DNA from: Rhynchopus sp. YZ270_cl-10
Taxonomy: Eukaryota
Reading direction: 5' to 3'
NCBI GenBank assembly: GCA_964035575.1
Contig: OZ037836.1
Location: forward strand, 558,001-622,000
DNA: 64,000 nucleotides
Position 1 is the stretch's first letter; the number at the start of each line of letters is the position of its first letter. Made by a program: the position numbers and the translations under genes. Shown here piece after piece: positions 1 through 11,429 of the stretch. Below the pieces are notes generated by a model. The model did not search any database, was not told the DNA's origin, and worked only from the letters and a program-made list of their open reading frames with translations.

Positions 1-360
1 AACAAACACCGGTGGGGTAAAAACTAAAGTGCGTTTCTGGGACTTCAAAATTCGAAGGAGGGCTTTAGTCCCACCGATGTGTGTCTTACTGTATTTCATT
101 TGACGTGCACAGAGAACAATAACATATTTTTTACACCAAATACAAAGGAGAAGAAAACAGTTTACAATAAAAGCTCCTGCGTCAGTTTTCTTGTTCAAAC
201 GTTAGTGTTTTTGTTGCAAAAATGTGAAGAAAAAACAAAGAAAAGAGAACATTCTCGACGTACACACTCTGTTGATTCTGAAAACGGGAGTACAAAAATC
301 GCGCATGGAAAACATGTGGTGCTTCCTAAGGTATGTCACAACTGTCATGTCCCGGGTGCT

Positions 361-1521
361 TCACATGCACACACATTTGCACTTGGTATCGTCCACGAGG
401 CTATAGCCATAGCCATCCACACATTCTGAAACAACACTGCACGATCCGGTGATGTTGATGCTCCTTGTGGGTATTGTGCATGCATACAGGAAGCCTAGCC
501 CAATGTGCTGCACGTTGCTCCATCCAGACAAGTCAAGGCTTCGCAATGAGGTGCAGTTAAAGAGAAAGAAGTTCCCCATCTGTGTCACATTGCTCCACCC
601 AGAGATATCCAGTGTGGTCAATGAGGTGTAGTTGTGGAGAAAGCCATTATCAACACTCGTCACATTGCTCCGCCCAGACAAGTCAAGGCTTCGCAATGAG
701 GTGCAGTTGTAGAGAAAGCCGTTCCCTATTTCCGTCACATTGTGCCACCCAGAAATATCAAGTGCGGGCAATGAGGTGCAGCCGGAGAGAAAGTGCTTAT
801 CAACCCGCGTCACATTGTTCCACCCAGACAAGTCAAGGTTTTGCAATGAGGTGCAGGAGGAGAGAAAGTTGCGCCCTACGTGCGTCAAATTGCTCCACCC
901 AGAAATATCCAGTGTGGTCAATGAGGTGTAGTTGGAGAGAAAGTAATTCTCAATCCGCGTCACATTACTCCACCCAGACAAGTCAAGTATTCGCAAGGCG
1001 CTCACCTCAGCGAGGAAGAAGGGCTCAATCCGCGTGACATTGCTCCACCCAGATAAGTCAACAGTGTGCAGTGAGGCGCAGTGTTTGAGAAAGAAGCAAC
1101 CTACTGCAGTCACACCTGGCACACCACTGAGATCAAGTTCTGATAACGTGGCACCTCGTAAGAAGTAACGGGGGATCTCAGTAACAACCTCTGCCTGCAG
1201 AAACAAATGAACCAGCTTGGGATCCGCCAGACCTTCGAACCTCTCTGATGTCAGCTCTCTCTCACCCAAGTCACGAAGAGCTGCAATGGCGTCGTCCTTC
1301 TGCGACTTCGTCTTCTTCATCAGCACAACTGTGTCCCCAGCACTCAGCTGCGTGATGTAGTCTCCTTCGGCCAGCAGCTTCCCTCCGAAGCTCATGTCAA
1401 AGCCGTCTTCGCGCAACTCTGCTGCAGACGCCACCTTCCGCCGTATGTCCGCAGTTGTATCATCCACACCCACCTCGACTGTGTACTTCTCTCCGTCAAA
1501 GCTCTCCACACATATTTCCAT
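361..1521 (-). CDS. Ubiquitin-like N-terminal domain + 25-aa LRR (BspA/TpLRR-like) protein with C-terminal CaaX (CKCVCM)
   Basis: ORF 361..1548; probable start MEICVES at 1521 by comparison with the paralogue. The N-terminus MEICVESFDGEKYTVEVGVDDTTADIRRKV...SFGGKLL resembles the ubiquitin fold. Tandem FLxxCTSLxxLDLSGWxNVTxIxxx repeats follow. Confidence 0.85.
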   Translation of the reverse strand: MEICVESFDGEKYTVEVGVDDTTADIRRKVASAAELREDGFDMSFGGKLLAEGDYITQLSAGDTVVLMKKTKSQKDDAIAALRDLGERELTSERFEGLADPKLVHLFLQAEVVTEIPRYFLRGATLSELDLSGVPGVTAVGCFFLKHCASLHTVDLSGWSNVTRIEPFFLAEVSALRILDLSGWSNVTRIENYFLSNYTSLTTLDISGWSNLTHVGRNFLSSCTSLQNLDLSGWNNVTRVDKHFLSGCTSLPALDISGWHNVTEIGNGFLYNCTSLRSLDLSGRSNVTSVDNGFLHNYTSLTTLDISGWSNVTQMGNFFLFNCTSLRSLDLSGWSNVQHIGLGFLYACTIPTRSINITGSCSVVSECVDGYGYSLVDDTKCKCVCM

Positions 1522-2233
1522 GGTTTTGTGTCTCTCTGTTTTATGCAAGGTGTTTTCAATTGGGGGTAAGAGTACGCAAGAGACAACAAACAGTTAGGGA
1601 GAGGTCTTTTGCTAATAAAAATGATCATCCAGATGTGGTGAAACGCCATAAACTCCACAACCCCTACAAAGATACTCCGCAAGCCATGCATAGTGGGGCA
1701 AGACAAAGCAACCAAAAAAGGAAGAGGACAACTTGCAAGTGTGCAGAAGAGTATTTGGAAGCTAATGGTACAAAGGCACTGCGTGAATTGCACCCACGTA
1801 GGGGCGAACAACCTTCGTGACCACACAAGACCCACAGTGAGAGGTCTTGAAACAAGTTACAAAGGGGAGAGAGGTCTTTTGTTTTGTTTTGACTTTTTTT
1901 TAAAGCTTCGTTGTATTAGTGTTGTTGCATGACATTTCAGTTTCTCTATCCTCTGCGATATGACGCGCAAACACGCCGTTTTCAATTTGATTCGCAGACC
2001 GATACTGACTCACGAAGTTGCTGTGTCAAAAAAACACCTTCCTCTGCGAGGCGGGATACCACAGCGACAACGTCGATCACTCATGCGCCTATGAGTCGCT
2101 CAATGGCGTCATGGCTTTTATCATGACTACAGGGGTCCAACCCTGCACATTGCTCTCACAACACAAAATACAAATATGCACACTAATGAAGAGGAATGAT
2201 GTGTCCTTTCATTTGACGTGAACAGACAAACAA

Positions 2234-4485
2234 GAGAAAAGTTCGATTTCGGCCTCGAAAATTACCGTGACACCGATTTGTCACGGTACTTTGTCACGGA
2301 ATTTTTTTGAAAGATTCGATTTCGTGACAAAAAAAAAAATCGATTTCGTGACAAACCGATTTTTTCATTGACACACAAAATTCGATTTCGTGACAAATCC
2401 AAAAACTCAGTGACAAAAAAATGTCAATGAAAAAATGGATTTTGTCAAGGAAACCGAACTTTTTGTCAAGGAAAAAGTCGTGACAGGGCACTGGGTACTG
2501 GGTACACTGGATACAAGGATAAAAGTCGTGAAAGAGCAACCACAGCTCCACATGACAAACACAAAAGTGTCCAGTCACGTGGGGCATTCATGCACTGAGG
2601 AGATAATGATCCAACAATTTACAAGAAAGATTACTTAACCTACTGCTGGAAATTGGCAGGTCGTAGTAACACACAAAGTGTGCCTCCGTTCGGGAAGAAC
2701 GGATATTCTAGAGACCAAAAAGGCCTCAAGAATATCTTCCGGTAGTCAAGGTATAACCGAATGAACGGCCCAAGACCCCCGTGGAGAAGTTAAATGTGTA
2801 ATGCTATCAGGTAGAAACTGCGACCACTGTCTTACCCTCCTCAATGCATGGTGGAAGATGTCTTTACAACAAATATCCTGTACCCAGGTACCAGGTTCCC
2901 AGACCCACGTAGTACCACGTCGCAGTACTACGCAAAATTTACCACCAGACCCTGTCTTCGTGCACCTTAAGTACAACGCCGCAGACAGGCCAAACATGCG
3001 TTGGACTCAGAGGAATTCCTGCTGTGCAGTGTATCAAACATGAGAACCAACTCCCAGCAACAAGGGGCGCCTTTTGGCGGGCGTTGTTGAGGGTGTTTGG
3101 GGTGCAAAGTTTTCCACAATTTTGATGCGCGGGTACAGAAGTGTTGTCTTGTTCTTTCATCTCTAGGAATGTAAATGTCAATCGCGTTTAACTACCACTA
3201 GGGCTTGTTCAGTGAACCCACGAAGGGTCGAAGGGGGTTGGTTATCCCATATCTATCAAAGGTTGTGTCGACCAGGCGAAACCACTATGTTACGCTGTAC
3301 GTTGTTAAATCCGAAGAAATAACGCTTTAGCAGCCGCAGGAAGTTTGTTAAAAAGAGTGCCTCACGCTACACAAACCACCACCCGCGATTGACTTAGATG
3401 TTATAACAAAGAGAATTCAGAACAAAACAACACCACACTAAATTGTCATGCTTCCAGAGCATGCCTGGGCCAAAATTACTGTTGACAAAAAAGGCAACAA
3501 GACCACCCACAAGGAGTGTGAAATGTGCACTGGTTTTCTGGGGGAACGCAATATTTTCTTGTGTCTAGTCCTCCGTAAGCAGAGGACAGACTTTCCGGAA
3601 GGTTTCCAAAGTCGAATTTCTTGCACTAGCTATGCTCCCAGGGTTAATGGCTATAGCAGTGACTGACAAAGTGTTTCCACCCCCAGGTCTTCGTCCACAA
3701 ACAAACCTAGAATAGATTGATTTGGGTGAAGCCTTGGATTTTGAGTTGTTGAATGTCGGAGAGCGGCGCTCATCGCAATCACGGATGCAGTTCAGATTTC
3801 ACGATCCTGTGATGAGTGTAAATGTGGGGTGTAATTAAGTTATGGTGTACAAACGCAGTAGTCGTGAGGTTAATGAAAAAAGTGGTAATAACTATGTATT
3901 TCCGCGAAATAAGGTAGCCTTTTTTCACGCTCCAGCGAGTTTCCTGCTGCACTAATGGTTCCCAAGCGAAGCATGTATAAGTATTTACCCCCACTAAAAG
4001 TAACTGTGTGTGGGGTAGAGGGGTGAAAATCATACCATGCTGCTTCAATACTGTCTCTGCTGTCGCATTCCCTCATGGTGGGTCACTCACCCACTGGGCA
4101 AAAAAATCAAAGGGGGTACCCCAAATAAGTTCAGATATACCCGAAAATAAGTTCAAATACCCGAAAATAAGTTCAGATATAGTCAGTTATGCCCTATTTC
4201 TGGTTTTCGGGTATATCTGAACTTATTTTCGGGGATATCTGACCATTTCAAAAAAAGGGTAGGGCATAACTGACTATTCCCCAAAAAAAAAACATTGACA
4301 AAATCCATTTTTTCATTGACATTTTTTTGTCACTGAATTTTTGGATTTGTCACGAAATCGAATTTTTTTTGTCAATGAAAAAATCGGTTTGTCACGAAAT
4401 CGAATCTTTCAAAAAAATTCCGTGACAAAGTACCGTGACAAATCGGTGTCACGGGTATTTTCGAGGCCGAAATCGAACTTTTCTC
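2234..4485. mobile_element. Non-autonomous Mutator-like (MULE) element with about 200-bp TIRs
   Basis: TIRs gagaaaagttcgatttcggcctcgaaaa... / ...ttttcgaggccgaaatcgaacttttctc. 9-bp TSD gacaaacaa (2225-2233) / gataaacaa (4486-4494). An empty-site-like sequence occurs at about 97-127. Confidence 0.85.
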
Positions 4486-4989
4486 GATAAACAATAACAT
4501 TTTGCACCCCAAACCGCCCAGAAATGGGTAAAAAATACAAACTGCTCTGCTTGAAGTACAGAAATGAGGTGAGTGCACAATAAAGGTGGAGGGTGGTAAA
4601 TTTGTTTCAATAACTTTCAGATCAAAGAAGAGAAAGCTCAAGGACGTCAATAGATGCATTCAAACTTGCCTAGCAAAAATAGCTTGAAGTACAGAAATGA
4701 GGTGAGTGCACAATAATGGAGGATACATGACAGCGCAGGGTCTCTTAGTAGGATTCTAGTGAGACGCTTAGTACGCGTGTCCTTGCTCGCATCGCAGGGA
4801 CGGTCAGAAAGAAGCAAATAAATATTTGTGATAAAAATTAGCGAACACAAAAAACTCGCGCGAGTGGAAGAAAAAAAGGAGAGGAAAATATTTTATTCTA
4901 ATTCAAAGTGGTGTGTATACTAGAGGTGTCAATAACTATCTTCGCTCACACAGGAAAAACGGGAAACGAAAGTGTCATGTCCCGGGTCC

Positions 4990-6144
4990 TCACATGCACA
5001 CACATGTGGTATCGTCCACGAGGCTATGGCCGCTATCGCCATGCACATATTCTGACACAACACTGCTCGATCCTGTGACGTTGATGCTGCTTTTACGCAT
5101 TGTGGATGCAGAAAGTGATCCTGCTCCAATCTCCTTCACATTGGTCAACCCAGATAAGTCTAGGGTTTGCAATGCAATGCAGAAGGAGAGAAAGTTGTTC
5201 CCTATTTGCGTCACATTATTCCACCTAGAAATGTCAAGTGCGGTCAATGACCTGCAATTGGAGAGAAAGGACTCATCAACCCGCGTCACATTGTTCCACC
5301 CAGATAAGTCAAGGCTTTGCAATGCGGTGCAGGAGGAGAGGAAGTAGTTCTCAATTTGCGTCACATTGCTCCACCCAGAAATATCCAGTGTGGTCAATGA
5401 GGTGCAGTTCGAGAGGAAGAACTCATCAACCCGCGTCACATTGTTCCACCCTGACAAGTCAAGGCTTTGCAATGAGGTGCAGGAGGAGAGAAAGTTGTTC
5501 CCTATGTGCGTCACATTGTGCCACCCAGAAAAATCCAGTGTGGTCAATGAGGTGCAGTTGGAGAGAAAGTACCTCTCAACCCGCGTCACATTGTTCCACC
5601 CAGACAAGTCAAGGGTTCGCAATGCGGTGCAGGAAGAAAGAAAGTCGGACCTAATATGCGAGACATTGCTCCACCCAGATAAGTCAGCAGTGTGCAATGC
5701 GTTGCAGAGTTTGAGAAAGCAAAAACCTACTGCAGTCACACCTGGCACACCACTGAGATCAAGTTCTGAGAACGTGACACCTTGTAAGAAGAAATGGGGG
5801 ATCTCAGTAACAACCTCCGCCTGCAGAAACAAATGAACCAGCTTGGGATCTGTCAGACCTTCGAACCTCTCTTCCGTCAGCTCTCTCTCACCCAAGTCAC
5901 GAAGAGCTGCAATGGCGTCGTCCTTCTGCGACGTCGTCTTCGTCAGCACAACTGTGTCCCCAGAACTCAGCTGCGTGATGTAGTCTCCTTCGGCCAGCAG
6001 CTTCCCTCCGAAGCTCATGTCAAAGCCGTCTTCGCGCAACTCTGCTGCAGACGCCACCTTCCGCCGTATGTCCGCAGTTGTATCATCCACACCCACCCCG
6101 ACTGTGTACTTCTCTCCGTCAAAGCTCTTCACACATATTTCCAT
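4990..6144 (-). CDS. Ubiquitin-like + LRR protein with CaaX (TCVCM); tandem paralogue of 361..1521
   Basis: ORF 4990..6198; start MEICVKS at 6144. The N-terminus is near-identical to the first copy, followed by 25-aa LRRs. Confidence 0.85.
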   Translation of the reverse strand: MEICVKSFDGEKYTVGVGVDDTTADIRRKVASAAELREDGFDMSFGGKLLAEGDYITQLSSGDTVVLTKTTSQKDDAIAALRDLGERELTEERFEGLTDPKLVHLFLQAEVVTEIPHFFLQGVTFSELDLSGVPGVTAVGFCFLKLCNALHTADLSGWSNVSHIRSDFLSSCTALRTLDLSGWNNVTRVERYFLSNCTSLTTLDFSGWHNVTHIGNNFLSSCTSLQSLDLSGWNNVTRVDEFFLSNCTSLTTLDISGWSNVTQIENYFLSSCTALQSLDLSGWNNVTRVDESFLSNCRSLTALDISRWNNVTQIGNNFLSFCIALQTLDLSGLTNVKEIGAGSLSASTMRKSSINVTGSSSVVSEYVHGDSGHSLVDDTTCVCM

Positions 6145-6873
6145 GGTTTTGTGTCTCTCTGTTTGAGGTGTTTTGGGTGGGGCAGGAAGAAACAACAAAG
6201 TCGATGCGTTCCACGAAAGAGTTGCAGCTGGTGCAACGTCGATGAAGCATGTAATTATATATTGTCATATCACCAAAAACCTTAGTAACATCATCACCGC
6301 TCAAGACTGTCGGTGTTGTGCGAGACACCTGAAACAAACAGAGGAATGCTTGACGTCTGCTACCCCCACAGCACGGTGGGGCTGAAATCTCAGAAAATAT
6401 GTTATTTTTTTACGTCAGGCCTCTCGTGCCAACTCAACAAGAAGAACTGTACAGAAAAAAAAAAAAAGGAAAAGTTTATAAGATGGCCCTAAGCCTCTCG
6501 TGCGTAGTCACCTTGATCACATTCGTTATCGCACAGCATCAGCTGCGCTGGCTTCTACAAGTTTGTTGTCAGGGATGATGTCATTTCCCCAACCGGAGTT
6601 CGCAATTTTGGCACGTACGATGACGTGTTCGAGCATGTGCATAGTGTAGCAAAGATGCGTGCAATTGAATGAGCTTTTTTGCATAGGGTGAGTAGGAGGA
6701 GGGAAGCCACCAGAACGCTCCGCAAGGAGCACAGCAAGGTCTCCATTCTATGAATGTGGCATCATTGTCACACTCTTCCAACGGTTTTGAAAGGTGCCTA
6801 TAGATAGGACTCGGGTTTTAACCATTCAATCATTCTTTCGCCCCTATACCCAGGGTACAAATAAGATACCCCG

Positions 6874-7214
6874 AGCTCACGCCCATTTAAAGTTTGAGAA
6901 TAGGTCGAGGAAGCGATTTCCCCAATTCCTCCAATCATTCGCTTTACCTGGCGTAACTCCTTTTTTGGTTCCAGCTATCCTGAGGGAAACTTCGGAGTGA
7001 ACCAGCTACTAGATGGTTCGATGGGTCTTTCGCCCCTATACCCAGCTTGGACGAGCGATTTGCACGTCAACACCGCAACGGTCCTCCACCAGAGTTTCCC
7101 CCCGGCTTCGACCTATCCAGGCATAGTTCACCATCTTTCGAGGGTCCCACAACAGCTGTACTATACCTCAAACCCCTTTTCAGTAAATCAGGATCGGGCC
7201 TTTGTGCTGCGTCC
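6874..7214 (-). pseudogene. Isolated 28S (LSU) rRNA fragment
   Basis: The plus strand carries reverse-complement LSU signatures: cccatttaaagtttgagaatagg, gctatcctgagggaaacttcgg, accagctactagatggttcga, gcatagttcaccatctttcg. There are indels in the conserved GTTGGGACCCGAAAG stretch and no flanking rDNA. Confidence 0.9.
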
Positions 7215-7887
7215 TCAAGGAGCAGTGGGCACGACGTAGAGCATAGGTTGGAAAGATCATATCGGCAAAAGGGAGGGGGGTATCTGAGTGACTCAGAAGC
7301 AGAAAAATGATTGTGTGGGAAGGAACTTTTTTATTTTTTTTGTTTCGTAGATGATGAGTGTTGGTGTTAAGACATAGGTCGTGTGTGTGTGTGTGTTATT
7401 GTTCTTTCGATCCATTGTTATATTCATGTAGCTGCCACAGTTTTTTTTTATTTTGTGCAAATCCACCCTGAAATACGTTACAGGGCGACTCTTACGTATC
7501 GCCCATTGTTCGTGTTGTGTATATTCCCCAGGTACATGCGTTTTTTTTTGTTCCGCTGCCCACCCCCCCAAGGTAAATGACTTTTTTAAGTAACCCAACT
7601 AAGAAGAAACCAAAAAAAAATAGAAAACGACTTCAGGATATGTGAAATAAAGAAAACACTTTTTTCGTTTTATCGCACCCGCAAAAGGTTTGTGTTTTTC
7701 ACATGATGAATGTGAGTGAGGTGTATGTTGGTGGGAAAACCAATACGCTAAAGCGGGCACGCACCATTCGTCGTTTTCCATTTTCTATTTCGTCAATGCT
7801 TGATAACACACACACACAAAGAGAAGTTGAAAGTGTAAACGCTTCACCGTTCATCGGCGGGCGCAGGAACTAGAAAAAAAAAGATGT

Positions 7888-8374
7888 TTGGTGCTTCCCG
7901 GGGGGTATGCATTTCACAAATTTTCAATTCAATTCACAACTTTTCACAACTATTCACAACTTTTCACTACCCTTTTTTCTCTCGTTGGTGAAGCTTTTAA
8001 ACGCCGGCATTTGCATTTCCGGAATCCGTACGGCCAGTGGTGGGGTCAATTTGCCAAAATGGACAAGTTCTCGTCATTTCCGCACATCACACAGTACACA
8101 GGTACACAGGTACACCACATCACGTTCTATCTTGTGAATCCCAGCGTACCCCTCAATCGGTGGGTCACCACCCCGCCCAAAAAAAAAGCACACAAAAAAA
8201 AAATCAATTCACAACTTTTCACAACTATTCACAACTTTTCACATTTTTTCACAATTTTTCACCACTTTTCACCAGCCTTCACAATTTTGTAGCGGTTTTC
8301 GTGTTGTGAAATTTGTGAAAACTTGTCACATTTTGTGAAAATTTGTGAAATGCACACCCCCCGGGAAGCACCAA
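7888..8374. mobile_element. MITE with about 35-bp TIRs
   Basis: ttggtgcttcccggggggtatgcatttcacaaattt / aaatttgtgaaatgcacaccccccgggaagcaccaa, with internal (ttcacaac) repeats. TSD is unclear. Confidence 0.7.
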
Positions 8375-8503
8375 TGTTCGGGTAAAAGAAAAGAATGTGT
8401 AGAACACCCCATAGAGTGCATGGGGGGAGCAACTGACTGAGGGGATTGAAAGCAACTGAGAAAAATATGATTTGAAAAGATAAGCACAAAGCCTCTCGTG
8501 TCA

Positions 8504-9162
8504 CAGTGCGGCGCTATATTACGGGGTGCCGGCTAATTATGGGTAAATCCAACTGTTACTGGTGTGTCTGACACCCCCCAAAAAAATAGCAGAGAATACA
8601 GTGGTTAAAGAAAGTTCCGCCTAAGAAAAGTTCCGCCTAAAGTAATTTCCGCCATCGATTTCAATTCCGCCATTAGTTTAGGCGGGGATTTATTTTATGC
8701 CCAATTTTTTTTTGGGGGGGATTTTTTCCTAAGGATTCTGGGGGGAGTTCTGCGTGAAATTGTGCCAAAACCAGAGCAAAACAGAGAGATCCAACCATTT
8801 TGAGCTTTGTGTGTGATTTTATTTATATGGAATGTTATCTTTTCTTTTTCATTTTTATTTTCTGGTCGAAAAAATATCCTAAGGTGGGGGAAAAAATCAG
8901 TTACCCCCTTGCAAAAGTGCCCGCCTAAGAAAAGTTCCGCCTAAAGTAATTTCCGCCATCGATTTCAATTCCGCCATTAGTTTAGGCGTAAACTTTCTTT
9001 AACCACTGTAGCTCAAAAAAAAAAATAGCACCCCCCCGCTTCAGCAACACCATTTACTACTAGAGGAAATATCCTCCCCTACGTGGAGGATCTTGAGAGC
9101 ACTGCGCTTCAGCCACACCATTTACCCATAATTAAGTTTACCCTTTAATATTGTACCCACTG
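8504..9162. mobile_element. Degenerate Tc1/mariner-like MITE hosting 8599..9008
   Basis: Imperfect TIRs cagtg...taattatgggtaaa / tttacccataatta...cactg; the right end is followed by TA. Confidence 0.55.
8599..9008. mobile_element. Tc1/mariner-type MITE
   Basis: TIR cagtggttaaagaaagtt / aactttctttaaccactg with TA on both sides. Internal direct repeat of about 68 bp at 8617-8684 and 8921-8988. Confidence 0.85.
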
Positions 9163-9354
9163 TAGGACCACTTAAGACTGCTGAAGAGAAAACCTCAAGA
9201 ATGTTGTCTCTCGTACACGTGCCACAAAAGAAAGCAGAGCACCTCAAATCCACGAAAGGGAGACAAGAGGGGAGGGAGGTGTATGTGAAAAAGTAGAAAG
9301 TTGAATATGTTGTCAATCAGCCACCATGTCACCCAAAAAAAAAAAAAACGCTGG

Positions 9355-9895
9355 AAAAGTATATTCCCGCGCGCTTCGCGCGCGGGAATATACTTTTTCC
9401 GCTCGCTTCGCTCGCGGAACAACCACCCGTAAAAATTTTTCCCCGCTCGCTTCGCTCGCGGAAAAACTACTCGTAAAAATATACTTTTTCCGCTCGCTTC
9501 GCTCGTAGAAAAACTACCCCTAAAAATTTTTCCCGCGCGCTTCGCGCGCGGGAATTTACTTTACCGCTCGCTTCGCTCGCGGAAAAACTACCCCTAATTT
9601 TTTCCCCCGCTCGCTTCGCTCGCGGAACAACTACTCGTAAAAATTTTTCCCCGCACGCTTCGCTCGCGGAAAAACTACTCGAAAAAATTTTTCCCGCGCG
9701 CTTTGCGCGCGGGAATTTACCTTTTCCTCTCTCCGAAAAACTACCCGTAAAAATTCTTTCCCGCGCGCTTCGCGCGCGGGAATATTGTGTAATTGTTTTG
9801 TATTGTGTTCGCGAGCGAACACAATACAAAAACAATTACACAATACCAAGCATTAGTAAAAAATTACATCCGCGAGCGAAGCGAGCGGAAAATTT
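9355..9895. repeat. Array of about 10 degenerate 35-45 bp units, each containing ccgc(t/g)cgcttcgc(t/g)cgcgg
   Basis: Repeated cgctcgcttcgctcgcggaaaaact and palindromic cgcgcgcttcgcgcgcg; one inverted copy at about 9870. Confidence 0.85.
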
Positions 9896-10589
9896 TTCAA
9901 GGTTTTCTTCAAGTCCACCTTACAAAAAAGTCAGATCTCGGTCAAAAATCCCCAAAATCCCCCCATCGACAATTTGTTTCTGAGTTCGAAAAATTGTCTC
10001 CAAAGTCGTCAAAATTTCAGGCATTCACTTCATTTGCACCAGATCGTTCAAATACAAAACCCGAAAAAAATCCTCCACCCATAACTTCACTGTCGTATTA
10101 TTTTTCCATTTCCGACAAAAGTGCAAAATTCCCAAAAAAAATCCCAAAAAATCCACTTTTGCTAGAAAAAATATGCGCTACCCACAGATGGTCAAAAACA
10201 CTCAAAAATTTCTGCATTGGCTTTATTTCACACAAAAGCTCGACATAGTAATTTTTCACATTTTTTTTTGACAAAAATTTTCACATCAAAATCACGTGCT
10301 CCGTGGGACCCCTACAAAATACACCCAAAAATGGGGTCCATTTTTGCATTTAAGCATCTCACAAAGGCACTATTGTGCTGATTTCTGCATTTTCCCCGCC
10401 GGGACTGACCTCCGCTGAGTCCACCATATTTTTACTCGATTAGATTAGTGGAGTGGAAGTTGATTTACTGCCAAAAAAACACAAAATTTCTAAAATCGGT
10501 GTAAAAAAATGTTGACATCAAATGGCACTGTCGTTGGTCATTATCGTCAGTTCCCGTAAATGTTACTTCCATATTTTGCTGAACGAAAG

Positions 10590-10822
10590 TTTTGGCGAAG
10601 CCACGGTACGCAACATTTCAAAATATTGTGCTTAAAATTGCACATTTTACAGCCAAACTATGTCATGGGTGGCTTGCAATCTTGCACCGCACGGTACGCT
10701 ACTTTTTTCCTTTCGCCATGCTGCATGCTTCCTTTTCCTTCGGCGTTTGACCAATTGGGTCGCGTTCTGGCTGTGACGGGGTCACTTTGTTCATGAGGCC
10801 AGTTCTGGTCACTCTTAGAGGC
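10590..10822 (+). repeat. Dispersed repeat module; further copies at about 24050-24308 (+), 39565-39850 (-), 43515-44095 (-), 44315-44515 (-)
   Basis: Shared tggcgaagccacggtacgcaacatttc...tacagccaaactatgtcatggg...gcacggtacgctact...ggccagttctggtcactc. Confidence 0.85.
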
Positions 10823-11310
10823 CCGCCCCCCACCCCCACCCCCCCCCCCACCTCCCATGTGGCAAAAGTCCAGAAAAAATATTTTGCCTGTGGCATTTGT
10901 ACAGAAAAAATATTTTTTTTTACGTGTGGCATTTGTACAGAAAAAAAGTGTGTTTTCGGAGGGGTGCCATGGGCCCATGGACTTAGAAAAGGCCCTGCCT
11001 AACACTCCAAAAAATAAAAAAAAGTCATCGAAAAGGAGACATGGGGTGACGACTGCATGCAAGACGGTGAGACAAATGCCCTGACTTGTGGTTTTACTTA
11101 TCGTTTTCACCCGTTGTACCCAGTGAAAAGCAAAAAGTAAAACCACGAGTCAGGGTATTTACGTCAGCATCATGTGTGTACACACCAATTTGCATGGTGT
11201 CACGACACATCAGGTCAAAACCGGACTTTCACGGTTGCCACCATCTTGAATTCGAGTAGGAAAGAGGGGAGATTGTGTTCGTTAAACCCAGGGGGAGGGG
11301 GGAGGGAAAT

Positions 11311-11429
11311 GGTGGCAGTATTGTGATGTGATCCCATTGGAATACGAAAAATACATCAAAAATGCATGTATTGTGATGTATTTTGATGTATTTTGCGTTC
11401 CAATGGGCTCCCATCACAATACTGCCACC
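11311..11429. mobile_element. Small foldback MITE
   Basis: ggtggcagtattgtgatg...catcacaatactgccacc is near-palindromic throughout and is flanked by AT on both sides. Confidence 0.7.

Noticed and set aside
9355..9895. CRISPR-like repeat/spacer appearance
   Set aside because: Spacers are short and related to each other, the repeats are degenerate, there are no cas genes, and the context is eukaryotic.
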